A stretch of DNA of 64,000 bases from Eledone cirrhosa (taxonomy: Eukaryota). The notes beneath the pieces are model-generated. The model saw nothing but the letters and a program-made list of their open reading frames with translations. It was not told the DNA's origin and did not search any database. A program made the position numbers and the translations under genes. Below are positions 12,007-24,383 of this stretch, in pieces. Within the stretch, counting starts at the first letter, position 1. Each line of letters begins with the position of its first letter. The DNA lies in the NCBI GenBank assembly GCA_964016885.1, contig OZ024741.1, forward strand, positions 220,968,001 through 221,032,000, written 5' to 3'.

Positions 12007-12589
12007 AGATACACACACAGATACACACATACACACACACATACACATATATATACATACACATATATCTTTGTGTGTGTATATATATATATATACCTAC
12101 AATTCTAGTGCTAAATCTATAAGTATGCGACGTTTTTCGCGTAAACAATGATAAGGAAACATTGAAAGGAAATTGTGATATATGAAGCCTGGAGCCAAAC
12201 GACGAAATATTATAGGGGAACAATAATATATCAGTTCTAGTGAGAAGGTGAAATATTTCCACTATGTTCTACATGTGAGATTCTATTGGAAATATCGCCA
12301 ACAGGTGGCACTGAAGTGTTTTCTTATGTCTTGTTTGTTTGTTTGTTTATTGAAGCTGCAGAAGTAAAAATTACAATATGGTAATTATTTACAACGGCAG
12401 TATAATATGAATAATTTGTGTTAATTAATTTGATACACCGTCCGTGTGAAATCTAATATTTCAGTTGGTGGTGGCACTGAGTATTTAATATCTAATTAAA
12501 AATTAATTATGTGCAGTCGTAAGTTTCAGGGTTTTCGTCCCACCGTGGGACATCTTGAACAAGCGTTATTTGTGATAGTCTCAACTCAA

Positions 12590-12950
12590 GAAGTGTGAGT
12601 GAAACTAGACAGACAGATACTATAGACTCATCTCAAACAGTGTGAGTGAAACTATAGACTCAACTAAAGTAATGTGTGTGAAACTAAACGGACAGAAACT
12701 ATAGACTTAACTCAAGCAGTGTGAGTGAAGCTGTAGACCCAATTCAAGTCGTGTGAGTAAAACTAGGTGGATAGAAACTATAGACTTAACTCAAACAGTG
12801 TGAGTGAAACTATAGACCCAACTCAAGTCGTGTGAGTGACACTAGGCGGAGAGAAACTATAGACTTAGCTCAAGCAATATAAGTGGAACTAGGCGGACAG
12901 AAACTATAGACTTCACTCAAGCAGTGTTAGTGAAACAAGACGGACAGAAA
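12590..12950. repeat. Degenerate tandem repeat with alternating ~31- and ~48-bp units
   Basis: Recurrent gtgtgagtgaaacta(ggcggacagaaacta)tagacttaactcaagca. Confidence 0.8.
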
Positions 12951-13019
12951 TTGTTTCAAAACTCGTTGGTTGGGTTGCGTCGTTGATTTAAAGGAGGCAG
13001 TCTTCTTCCACTCTATATC

Positions 13020-13172
13020 ACTGTATTACGCTGAATCTCCCTGAGAATTACGTTAAGAGGTACATGTGTCTGTAGAATGTTCAGTTACTTACACGTTAAT
13101 TAGTTTCACGAGCAGACTGTTCTGTTGATCGAACAACTAGAACAGTCATCGTCGAAACCGACGGATGTCTAT
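13020..13172 (+). mobile_element. Second SINE-like family, 3' part
   Basis: ctgaatctccctgagaa..ttaagag.tac..gtctgt recurs at 34320-34400(-) and 47590-47770(+, preceded by gtgtccttgagcaag). Confidence 0.55.
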
Positions 13173-13274
13173 TCCATATATGAATTTTATGGTGCTTAAG
13201 GGAGGTGCAGTAGTAGTAGAATCGGTAGAGCGTCGGACACCATGCTTCGTGGCATAGAGTTATGTCCCTCTACA

Positions 13275-15000
13275 AACCGTAAAAGGTCGTAACTCTGTGT
13301 CGCTAAACATATTGTCCGACGCTCAACCGATTCTGTCAATCCACCACTTATGATTTTTGATTTAGCACGAGACCAACAATTTTGGGGGAGGGGAAAGTCG
13401 ATTAAATCGACCCCAGTGTGTTACTGGTACTTTATTTTATCGACCCCGTAAGGATGAGAGACAAAGCTAATCTCGGCGGGATTTGAAATCAGAACGTAAA
13501 GGACCGTAACTCTATGCCACGAAGCATAATGTCCGACCCCTTACCGATACTGCCAATCCACCGCCATAATAATAATTGTTTCTACTTTTAGCACAAGGTC
13601 AGTTATTATTCAGTGCATTACTGGTACTTTATTTTATCGACCCCGTAAGGATGAAGAGCAAAGTTAACATCGGAAAGATTTGAACTCAGAATGGGAAGGG
13701 CCGTAACTCTATGCGTCAAAGCATTGCGTCCGACTCTCTACCGATACTGCCAATCCACCGCCATAATAATAATAATGATATTTATAATAATAATTAGAAG
13801 AAGAAGAGTAAGAAGAAGAAGAAGAAGAAGAAAAAGAAGAAGAAGAAGAAGAAGAAGATAACAAAAGTACATTATGATATATAAATATCTCTCAGGTTTC
13901 CGAGTTCAAATCCCGAGGCTGTGGTCAACTGTGATGTTCTTCTCTTCGGAGTCGACAAAACAAAGTCCTGGAGGAGTCATAGTCTACTTAATATAGACTC
14001 TCCTAGAATTTAGCCTCGTATCTATGTTAGAAATCAATAAAATAATATAACACTGTGTTTATCTAAGTATGAACGAAACAAAAGAAAAAGAGGAAATATA
14101 TTATACAGCTTTTGTTCTAGAAGTGTCTATAAATTGGAACTCTTGTACCATTTAGAATAATTCTTTCAAATACTTGACACGAATTAAACAAAGTGAGGGA
14201 ATTGTCGACATTTTTATAACAACGAAGCAAAATCATGTAAAGATTGGGCTAAAAATAAATATTCACCATTTTTAACAATTCAGTTCCGCTAGTTTAAATA
14301 TATTTTCATTACTTACACCACGATATGTTCACCAGCAACAAACACATAGTTCATTGTCAATTACAATTCTATTTTATAACCAACAGCCGTATAATTCACA
14401 AACAATAACACCATTTCCTTGGCTATAATATGATTCCATTAGCAACGTCAATATAGATTTCCAGTCGTGATTGATGATACTGTTGGTAATAATTGTTTCT
14501 ATTTTTGGCACAAGGCCAGCAATTATGCCAGTGTATTACTGGTACTTTAATTTATCGACCCCGTATGGATAAAAGGCAAAGCTAACCTCGGTGGGATTTA
14601 GAACTCAGAACGTAATAATTGTTTCTACTTTTGGCACAAGGCCAGCAATTACCCAGTGTATTACTGGTACTTTATTTTATCGACCCCGTAAGGATGAAAG
14701 GCAAAGTTAACATCGGCGGGATTTGAACTCAGACCATAAAGGGCCGTAACTCTTTGCTCCAAAGCATGGCGTCCGACCCTCTACCGAAACTGCCAATCCA
14801 CTGTTGGTAATAATTGTTTCTACTTTTGGCACAAGGCCAGCAATTACCCAGTGCATTACTGGTACTTTATTTTATCAACCCCGGAAGGATGAAAGGCAAA
14901 GTTAACCTCGGCGGGATTTGAACTTAGATCATACAGGGAGATAACTCTATGCTTCAAAGCATGGCGTCCGACCCTCTACCGATACTGCCAATCAACCGCC
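13275..15000 (-). mobile_element. Cluster of tandem tRNA-SINE copies, minus strand (13275-13770 and 14490-15000)
   Basis: At least five repeats of the reverse-complemented SINE body (ctggtactttattttatcgaccccgtaaggatgaaaggcaaag...ggatttgaactcag). Confidence 0.85.
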
Positions 15001-15199
15001 TTTTAATGACACATAACTACTCCAACTTCACCGTTTTACTAGCTTCAGCTAAATCTCTCTCTCTCTCCCTCAACTCTACGGTCAAACCATGCCGACTATC
15101 CAACGAGGAACCCTTTATTTACTAACTAGACTAACTAGAAATAGTTGACTGACCTACGACAGAGTAATGAAAAGTGGCTTTTCATATCGGTTTAAGGTG

Positions 15200-16620
15200 T
15201 ATGGGTTGGCAGTATAGGTAGTTCGTCGGATAATATGCTTTGTAGCATAGAGTTACGACCGTTTACGTCGATAAAATAAAATACCAGTAACGCACTGGGG
15301 TCGTTTTAATCAACTTCTCCTCCCCCCCCCCAAAAAAAAAAATTGTTGTCCTGATGCCTAAATCTGCTAAATACACTCTCAATTCTACGGTCAAACCTCG
15401 CTGATGATCCAACGACGAACCCTCCAATAATTAGTAGCTAGAAATAACAGGTTGTAATAGCAGCGAGTATTGAAAAGGAGAGTTACATACACGCATTATT
15501 TCATATCGGTGTAGGGTGGTAGATTGATAGTAATCGGTAGAGCGTTGGATGACATGCCTTGCGCCACTCAGTTACGGCATCTTTCGCTCAGAGTTCAAAT
15601 CCCGTCGAAGTTAGCTTTGCCTTTCATCGTTGCAGGGTTGACAAAATAAACTACCAGTCACAAACTGGGGAGAATTAATCGACTTTCCCCTCCCACCGAA
15701 TAGTTAGTGTTGTGCCTAAATCAGAAACCATTATGATAGGTGAATTGGCAGTATCGGTAGCGGGTCGGATGCCATGCTTTCCAGCATAGTTACTTCCCTT
15801 TACGATCTGAGTTCAAATCCCGGCGAGGTTAACTTTGCCTTTCATCCTTGTGGGGTCGATAAAATAAAGTACCAGTAATGTACTGTGTAATTGCTGGCCT
15901 TGTGCCAAAAGTAGAAACCATTATGATATACGTTCTGAGTTCAAATCCCGTCGAGGGTAGTTTTGCCTCCTTACAGGGTCGATTTCCCCTCCTCCAGAAT
16001 TGTTGACCTTGTGCCTAAATTAGAAACCATTATTTCATATTAGGTGAATTGGCAGTATCGGTAGAGGGTCGGACGCCATGCTTTCCAGCATAGTTACGTC
16101 CCATTACGATCTGAGTTCAATTCCTGCTGAGGTTAACTTTGCCTTTCATCCTTACGGGGTCGATAAAATAAAGTACCAGTAATGTACTGGATTAATTGCT
16201 GGCCTTGTGCCAAAAAGTAGAAACAATTATTTCATATAGGTGATAGTTTGGCAGTGTCGGTAGAGCGTCAGACGCCATGCATTGCAGCATAGTTATGGCC
16301 CTTTGCATTCTGAGTTCAAATCCGTAGAGGTTAACTTTGCCTTCTATCCTTACGAGGTCGATAAAATAAAGTACCAGTGATGCACTGGAATAATCGCTGG
16401 CCTTGTGCCAAAAAGTAGAAACAAGGGCGTTGTATTGGTAGAAGCGGTATAGCGTCAGACGCTATGCTTTTCAGTATAGAGTTACGGTCCTTTACATTCT
16501 GAGTTCAAATCTTGTCGAAGTTAACTTTGCCTTTTATCCTTACGGGGTCTATAAAATAAAGTACCAGTAATGCACTGGGGTAATTGCTGGCCTTGTGCCT
16601 AACGTAGAAACAATTATTTC
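15200..16620 (+). mobile_element. Head-to-tail array of about 7 tRNA-SINE copies, plus strand
   Basis: Repeated ~185-bp unit: tggcagtatcggtagag..GAGTTCAAATCC..gcctttcatcc..gtaccag..gctggccttgtgcc..gtagaaac. Confidence 0.9.
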
Positions 16621-17043
16621 ATATCAGCTTGATGTTTAGTCTCAGGCCAGCTACAGCTGAGCACAACTATGATTAAAAGTGTTCAAGCTGCAGATGCCCC
16701 ACCCTTTTCTTGGGCATTGTGTATCAAGGAGTGCATTATTTAATGTGTTGAAGCATATATATGTTAAGGTCATTTTAAAGGCCTAACGTTTTTTTAGTGG
16801 TAAAAACGTGTAGGAGAGCTGGGCAGCAGAAGGACTTCAGAGAAGAGAGCCTCCCCGAGCGAAAATGTCGGCTATTAAGATATTTGTCACAAAAAGCACA
16901 TTAGGTGGTGTAGTCCAAGGTGCACAATGCCACATAGAAAGAGGGGATGGTGATGACTGGGAGGATTACTAGAAGCTGGGAACACAAGGCTTCAGGCTGG
17001 ACAGTGTCATAAATAATTCGGTCCTGATTCCTACTTCTATTAC

Positions 17044-17160
<117 letters not shown>

Positions 17161-17365
17161 ATATAGAAATGGCTTGAGCAGAAGTAGAACTGTTTAATTC
17201 AAAAGGAATCAGCAGGCTTTCCTGATGATTTCATTTGAATGAAGGAGTTCTAGTTTTGTAGAAGCAATTTCTATGTTAAACTTGATGTTTCCCTTCTACT
17301 AATGTATTGAGCACCTTACTAACTGGGGTTACCCACGATTGAACGCGGAATTCTCTCCCTCCCCC

Positions 17366-17416
<51 letters not shown>

Positions 17417-17418
17417 CA

Positions 17419-17449
<31 letters not shown>

Positions 17450-17835
17450 TTAATTCCCAATGTTTATCGGGAGGTCACCAAAGTTTAAAATGTTACTCAA
17501 ACTAATATTTTATCTTATCGAAACCCTTGAAAAAGGAATATTTCCTCGAAATATAAGGAGACCGAATATAAAGGCAAAGCTTATATTTGTAGTATTTGAT
17601 GGTGGAACATAACAGCCGAAACGAATGGCACCAAACATTTTGTACAACGTTCTGGTTGCTCTACCAATCCACCGTCCGTCCTATATAATGGTTTCTGAGT
17701 ATAGGAATCTTTATGATCTTGTAAAAACAACTTCTACGGGACTAGAACTGTTTCATTCATAAAAATGATGATTTCTTACGAATAAAACATTTCTAGTCAT
17801 GTAAAAGTCATTTCCACAATAAAATAAATAATTAA

Positions 17836-17911
<76 letters not shown>

Positions 17912-17921
17912 ATGTGGGTGT

Positions 17922-17955
<34 letters not shown>

Positions 17956-18401
17956 TCTTCATTATGGATAAGTGTAACTCTGGAGTTTCATCGGTACGCT
18001 CACGTGATCATAAGACGGCAATATCGCAAATTATCGTTAAATCAAATATATAACGTTTACCATACACACATACATACATACAGATCCACACATGCAATAA
18101 CATCCATATCTGCACTACACACACATACACACACATACACACACACACATACACACACACAGACACACACACACACAGAGACAGACATATAGACATACAT
18201 ATCAACCTAGTTCATGTCTAAATTCCAGTGAAAGATTCTTGTATCTATGACAGAAAGCGATTCTCTCTATTGGTGAAAATTCATAAAATTATAAAACATG
18301 AATAACATACATACATACATATATACATATATACACACACAGGCATACATACATAAATGTATATATATATATATGTACGTATGACTGTGTGTGTATGTAT
18401 G

Positions 18402-18452
<51 letters not shown>

Positions 18453-18456
<4 letters not shown>

Positions 18457-19080
18457 AAAAAATGAAAAAATAAAAGTTACGGCGAAAGAGGGGAATATCC
18501 ATCATCAGTTGTCTGCTAGGATTCATGGGTATTTTTTTGCGTTAGAGACAAGATACCTCGGCCTAGGGCGAACAATAACTAAAATAAGTTATTGGGATAA
18601 AAAAGGGGCGAGAGAGAAAAACCTGTAAATAGACACGAAGGGTGAAGCAACGTAATGAGAGGAAAAGTGGGTAAAATATAAAGTCAACAACTCATTTCGA
18701 ACGTAAGAACTGGCGAGTTTGACGAGAGAAGAGGCTGCTTACAGTGGCGGACGGGGCAGAACGTGAACTAGCGGAGGCAGGGTGACTAGCAGAGAGGCAG
18801 TGAGTGAAAGTAAGAGGAAGCGAGAAAGAGATAGTTATAGTGGCAGGCTAGCCGAGAGAAGGTGACAAGTAGAAGGGGTGAGCGAAAGTAAGAGGGAGAA
18901 GGAGAGAGAAGGGGGAGAGCGATAATAGCAACAAGGGGAGAGAAAAGAGACGGGTCACAGCGGAGAAGGAAGCTTTTATGAATAAAATGGCGAGCTGTAT
19001 GGTTGCAATTAAGTTTAATGAAAAAACGAAAAATAAAATTTACGGGCGAAAGAGGGGAATATCCATCGTCAGTGGTCTGT
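18453..19080. mobile_element. Element with ~60-bp terminal direct repeats
   Basis: atgaaaaaa.gaaaaataaaa.ttacgg(g)cgaaagaggggaatatccatc.tcagt.gtctg at 18453-18515 and 19018-19080. A partial inverted copy lies at 21980-22022. Confidence 0.6.
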
Positions 19081-19151
19081 ATGTATGTATGTATATATAT
19101 ATATATATATATTTATATGTACGTATGTCTGTATGTATATATATACATGTA

Positions 19152-19189
<38 letters not shown>

Positions 19190-19346
19190 GGAAAATGTTA
19201 AACCCCGACGACACAGCTCAAGCCGTTTCGACGGCTTGAGCTCTGCCGTCGGAGTTTAACATTTTCCTATTACCCACTCTACTACCCTAAGTATTGAGTA
19301 CTCTGGTGCGTTATGGTCGGTCTGGTTGCTTACCTCACTTCCTTCG

Positions 19347-19387
<41 letters not shown>

Positions 19388-19388
<1 letters not shown>

Positions 19389-19690
19389 ATAACAGGAGGC
19401 TGGACTGGTGTAAATCCTTGAAAGGTTTATATATTATATTTTGAATACCTGATGATGTCACCGGATTCATACTGAACCCGGTCATTGAAATGATCATAGT
19501 ATAATAAACTTTTCAACGAATTACACCAGTCCAGCCTCCTGTTATTTTATAATAATTAACTCCGTACTCGCACCACCAACTACACAAACGAAGACGGGTG
19601 AGTTGCATTACGTTGAGTGCTCTCCATAATATTACATCGAGATTGACCATACGGAATGACCAGTTCTATCCAGTGGTGAACCAACAAACC

Positions 19691-19695
<5 letters not shown>
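19388..19695 (+). mobile_element. Family C element with hammerhead 19445-19502
   Basis: atac-CTGATGA-tgtcaccggattca tac tgaacccggtcatt-GAAA-tgatcATA-gtat. Second copy 44940-45200; 3' fragment 41890-41935. Confidence 0.8.
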
Positions 19696-19767
<72 letters not shown>

Positions 19768-19949
19768 CGAATATAAATAAAAAATCTTCAACTTCTCTAT
19801 CTAATGTATTCTGGGACCTAAAATCAAAGAACACTAACTATTCTTTACTTTGGAATATTATTTCTAAAGCTCCTCCATTCAATGCTTCTTCTGAAAATTG
19901 CGCTCTTTGTATAGAGGAAATATTCTTTATATATATATATATATATATA

Positions 19950-20465
19950 TATTTGGAATTGGAGCTCTGTAGACAGGTGGGGTTGATAAGCTTCAACCAA
20001 AGCGAAACAAGTCTTTTCGGCTTATCTCCCCTGTTTGCTGAGATCAAAGTGAGTGAATGTGTCACTACTTTAAAACAATAGCTTACGGTCTTCAAAATGC
20101 TTTTAATTAAGCATAAAGTGTATTGCAAAATACATTATATTTACATCCATATATATATTGCTATTTCAGAGCTCCAATTCTAATTTTTTATTTCTGCCTG
20201 ACCAACAACCGCTCTGCATAATCAGCTCCTGATTATTTACTAGATTTCTATAAGAATATAACATCAATGATCTCAGTAGACAGGTGGGGTAGTTGGCCTT
20301 GTAAGCTTCAACCAAAGCGAAACAAGTCTTGTCGGTTTATCTCCCCTGTTTGCTGAGATCAAAGTGAGTGAATTTGTTACTACTTTAAAACAATAGATTA
20401 CGGTCTTCAAAATGCTTTTAATTAAGCATAAAGTGTATTGCAAAATACATTATATATACATCCAT
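19950..20465 (+). mobile_element. Family E tandem pseudo-LTR pair with two hammerheads
   Basis: Direct repeats 19968-20150 and 20277-20465. Cores TTGATAA (19983) and TTG-TAA (20299); stem II gctt/aagc; GAAACAAG.CTTGTC. Confidence 0.75.
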
Positions 20466-21202
20466 ATACATATATATTTATATATATGTATGTGTATGTA
20501 TGCGTATGTCAAAATGTTTATATATATATATATGAAATTTATACTTTAAATTAATTCTACAAATATACTCTTATGGAAGAGTTTTTTATGGTTTATGCTA
20601 TGGATATATTCCAATGAATGAATTTTTAAATGTTAACACGTTATAACAAACAAATTTATGGTTTTAACAACCATAACTGTATAACAGGTTGGAGTTATGA
20701 ATTTATAACTTGCTATAAAATAACATAAAATTCATACTCTAATTACACTATTAAGAAGGATAATTAAAATTTGTTAACATCTTAACTTTATAACATTTAA
20801 CTTTATAACATTTAATCCTTAAAGCTATCTAAATTATTAATAAATCGCTAGCAATTTCCTTTACGCTCTACTGCTATTACAAATAAGGGATTATTCTTCG
20901 GTAAACTCTCGGAAATTCCATGAGCTTAGAAATATTCGGATATTTTAAACTTACAAATTTTTTTAAAATAATTAATTAATAATAAATAATAAAATTATAT
21001 ATGGTTTTGTAATAATAACATATTTTTTAATAATATATATTCTTTAATAATAATATATAGGTCTCAACTTTAATAATATAACATACACATTTAAACATTT
21101 ACACTACAGATTGAATTGATAAATTATTAATTAAACATTTAATCAAATTTATTAATTAAACATTAGCTAAATTCTTCAACTTAGCTTCATTATTGTTTAC
21201 AG

Positions 21203-21322
21203 TCTGAGTTCAAATCCCGCCGAGGTTAACTTTGCCTTTCATCCTTACGGGGTCGATAAAATAAAGTACCAGTAATGTACTGGGTTATTGCTGGCCTTGT
21301 GCCTAAAGTAGAAACAATTATT
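21203..21322 (+). mobile_element. tRNA-derived SINE (5'-truncated)
   Basis: Same B-box and central domain as the other copies. Confidence 0.85.
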
Positions 21323-21825
21323 GTTTATCCATCTTTATTAGTATCTGTTATTATTGTTTATCCATCTTACGGTATTCATCCACGCTATATTTATTTCTTC
21401 GCCTCTTCTCTCAAAATTACGCTATTCTCTATCACTAAAATATACTCAGGTTTCTCTCTTTCTTTCTTTCGTTTTTTTTCGTTTTTCTCTTTTTTTCTCT
21501 CTTTTTCTCTTTCTCTTCTCTTTTTTCTCTTTCTTTTCACTTTTTTCCCTGTTCCAACGGCTTAATTTAAATATACTGCATTTAAACCTTTCCAACACTA
21601 ATTTGCATAATAAACCAACAATAAATCTAATAACTCAACTATCCAGGAGATTCCAACCACAATGGTTGCATTTTTTAAGGGTATGTCAATATTTATTTAT
21701 TTATAAAACTAACCTATATTATATTTTATCTGATGAAAGCGCACCATAGTTTGCTCTGGTGGCCCTTGAAATATGTATAATGAAATAAATATGATTTTAT
21801 AAATATAGTTTCCATTTGTTAATAT

Positions 21826-21830
<5 letters not shown>
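21323..21830 (+). mobile_element. Family A long copy with hammerhead 21722-21787
   Basis: tattttat-CTGATGA-aagcgcacca/tggtggccctt-GAAA-tatgtATA-atgaaata. The upstream part matches 38760-38930(-). Confidence 0.85.
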
Positions 21831-21874
<44 letters not shown>

Positions 21875-21876
<2 letters not shown>

Positions 21877-21957
21877 TAGCTGCCAACTCGTTTTCGAGTA
21901 CGACCACTACTTTATATCCATGTAGGAGAACCCCTACCGATACGCTGAACGAGTGTA
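21875..21957 (+). repeat. Unclassified interspersed repeat (also 40143-40378 and 47247-47525)
   Basis: ggctgccaactcgttttcgagtacg.ccactactttatatccatg.aggagaac occurs three times, each next to (CATA)n or (TA)n. Confidence 0.75.
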
Positions 21958-22199
21958 TATATACATACATACAAACATTCTGACCACTGACGATGTATGT
22001 TCCCCTCTTTCGCCCGTAACTTATATATAAATATATATATATATTTAGCAGTATTAGTTATTGAGTAGTCGCCACTTTAGCAGGGTGGTAGAATCAGTGG
22101 TCGTTAGTTGCCAGTGTGGTAAGTGATAGTATCCTCGTTGGATTATCTTGTTGACATAGACGTGAGGGAAGGTCCCTCGATCTATTTACCATCTATTTA

Positions 22200-22593
22200 C
22201 AATATTCCTTTCGTCAGGTCGCCAATTCCAGCAGCATGGATTAAAGATGTCATTGAGACACGAGTAACATAACAACGACTTCAACAGCAGTAATTAGAGA
22301 TGAAATGTTTGTTTATTTATATGGTTGAAGTTACAGATAAAAAGAGGTTACAAAAGGGAATGTGCCATTGCGCCGTTAAGCCGGCGAGGCTAGGGGTGCA
22401 AATCTCACCGTTACATTATGCGTGTTGCTGGCTTGAAGTTTCCGGTACAAGAGAGAGATTCTTCAAATCTTCGCGGGGAATTTTTTCCTCAGGGCGCGTA
22501 GGGATACATCCTCTTCTACTGGCGCTGATTGGCTGAACTGAGCCAAATCACGCACAGAGAATGTATGTGAGCCCGCGGAATGTAGGTCACTAC
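22200..22593 (-). mobile_element. LTR retrotransposon remnant (5' LTR plus primer-binding site)
   Basis: The minus strand starts TGTAGTG, contains CCAAT and AATAAA, and is followed by TGGCGACC (PBS-like) at ~22217-22224. A canonical CA end is not evident. Confidence 0.45.
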
Positions 22594-22639
22594 ATATATA
22601 TGTGTGTGTGGGGGTGGGTGGGTGTGTGTGTGTATATGT

Positions 22640-23200
22640 TATGTCGGGTCACTCTTGAGTGCTACTGGTAACATGTAACCCAGTACAGCCAGTCGTATGG
22701 TCGGGTCGTCGGCGAATAAACCGGCAACCCCACCAAGTTTACTTGGCGAGGAGGGTGATTTGGGACATCCTGCAGGACAAAAAACAAAATCTGACAAAAG
22801 GCGGAAGAACTCATAAAAGTCAACGGGCATCCAGAAGTGTGTAAGTCTGTATATACACATGTACATATGTATGTATATGTATATGTGTATATACATGGGT
22901 GCATGTGTATGTATATGCGCCGGGACATATAAATAGTAGGGCTGGCCACCCAATCGCGCGGTTAAACCACTGGGAGTGAAGGACCCCTAGCCTTTGTCAG
23001 GGCATTCTTCTAGGAGAAGGCAACTCAGGAAGCTGGAATAACTCCGATATAAAACCTGCGGCTCAGTAGTTACCGATGATGTTGATCTTTTCTTCTTTTC
23101 TGGTTATAGCTACTGTCGCTCAGAGAGTGGGATTGGCTCAGTGCACAGTCTTACCTCACTTTAAAACATATCTTCACGCACAGGCATTGCACGATAGAAT
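22640..23200 (+). mobile_element. RTE-like LINE 5' UTR fragments
   Basis: GC-rich leader, and gggca..ctaggagaagg.aactc...aaacctg resembling RTE 5' UTR motifs. No ORF. Confidence 0.4.
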
Positions 23201-23453
23201 TAATTAATAATTATTAATAATGGTATATTGTGCAATGGCTATACACGATAACGAGGGGGCAGCCAACATCACATATATGTATGTATGTTTGTGTATATAT
23301 ATATATATATGTATATGTAAGTATGTGTATGTGTATGACTGTGTATGTATATATATGTATATATTTGTATATATATATATGTATGTATGTATATGTATAT
23401 ATATATATGTATATGTGTGTATATGTGTATAATATGTGTGTATAAGTGTTTGA

Positions 23454-23495
<42 letters not shown>

Positions 23496-23597
23496 TCAGG
23501 TTATCAATAATGTAGTGATAATATATCGTTACGTTAGAGATGAACAGCGTACGTGCAGGTTTGCTCAACGAGTATAAATTATATTCCGGAGAAAATG

Positions 23598-23872
23598 TAG
23601 AAAGGATGAATATAAAATGAAAGTGCTTTTTTTAAAAAGGAATTTATTAGGTATTGACATATGTTTCTGTAACAGACGGAATACCTATGTATCGCTGCTT
23701 GCGTAATCATATAATGTTAGCAAGTATTCGATAGCATTTGCTATCGAATACTTGCTAACATTATATGATTACGCAAGCAGCGATACATAGGTATTCCGTC
23801 TGTTACAGAAACATATGTCAATACCTAATAAATTCCTTTTTAAAAAAAGCACTTTCATTTTATATTCATCCT

Positions 23873-23877
<5 letters not shown>
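23598..23877. repeat. Perfect 280-bp palindrome (139-bp arms, 2-nt centre)
   Basis: Arms are exact reverse complements around gatagca-tt-tgctatc and abut (TA)n. Confidence 0.92.
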
Positions 23878-23941
<64 letters not shown>

Positions 23942-24323
23942 CGGTGGGTGCTTGTAGACACCTAAAATATAACTTAAGAGACACTTAACAATAAGGAGAC
24001 GCACCCCAAACTTGAAGCTGTTTATAGAATTCTTTCTGCCTTTGTTATTCTAAATACAGCTTTAAAGAATTAGCTTTTCAAGAATTCCCTTTTCTTTAAA
24101 CCCAACAACCAATGACCTCCACTCATCCAAATCACCACCCTCTACTATCACCAGAAAATATATAAATACCACCATATTTACTTGGACAGTCAGCTACCTG
24201 GTGATTTCTCACGAATGAAACAGTTCTAGTCCTGTAGAAGCTTTTCTATATTAAAACATTTATATTCTGCTATGTATTGAGTACCTTACTTACTGTGGTT
24301 ACACTCGATTGAACCCAGAATAA

Positions 24324-24383
<60 letters not shown>

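Noticed and set aside
15200-16620. tRNA gene cluster
   Set aside because: A/B boxes are present but there is no cloverleaf, and each unit continues into a SINE body.
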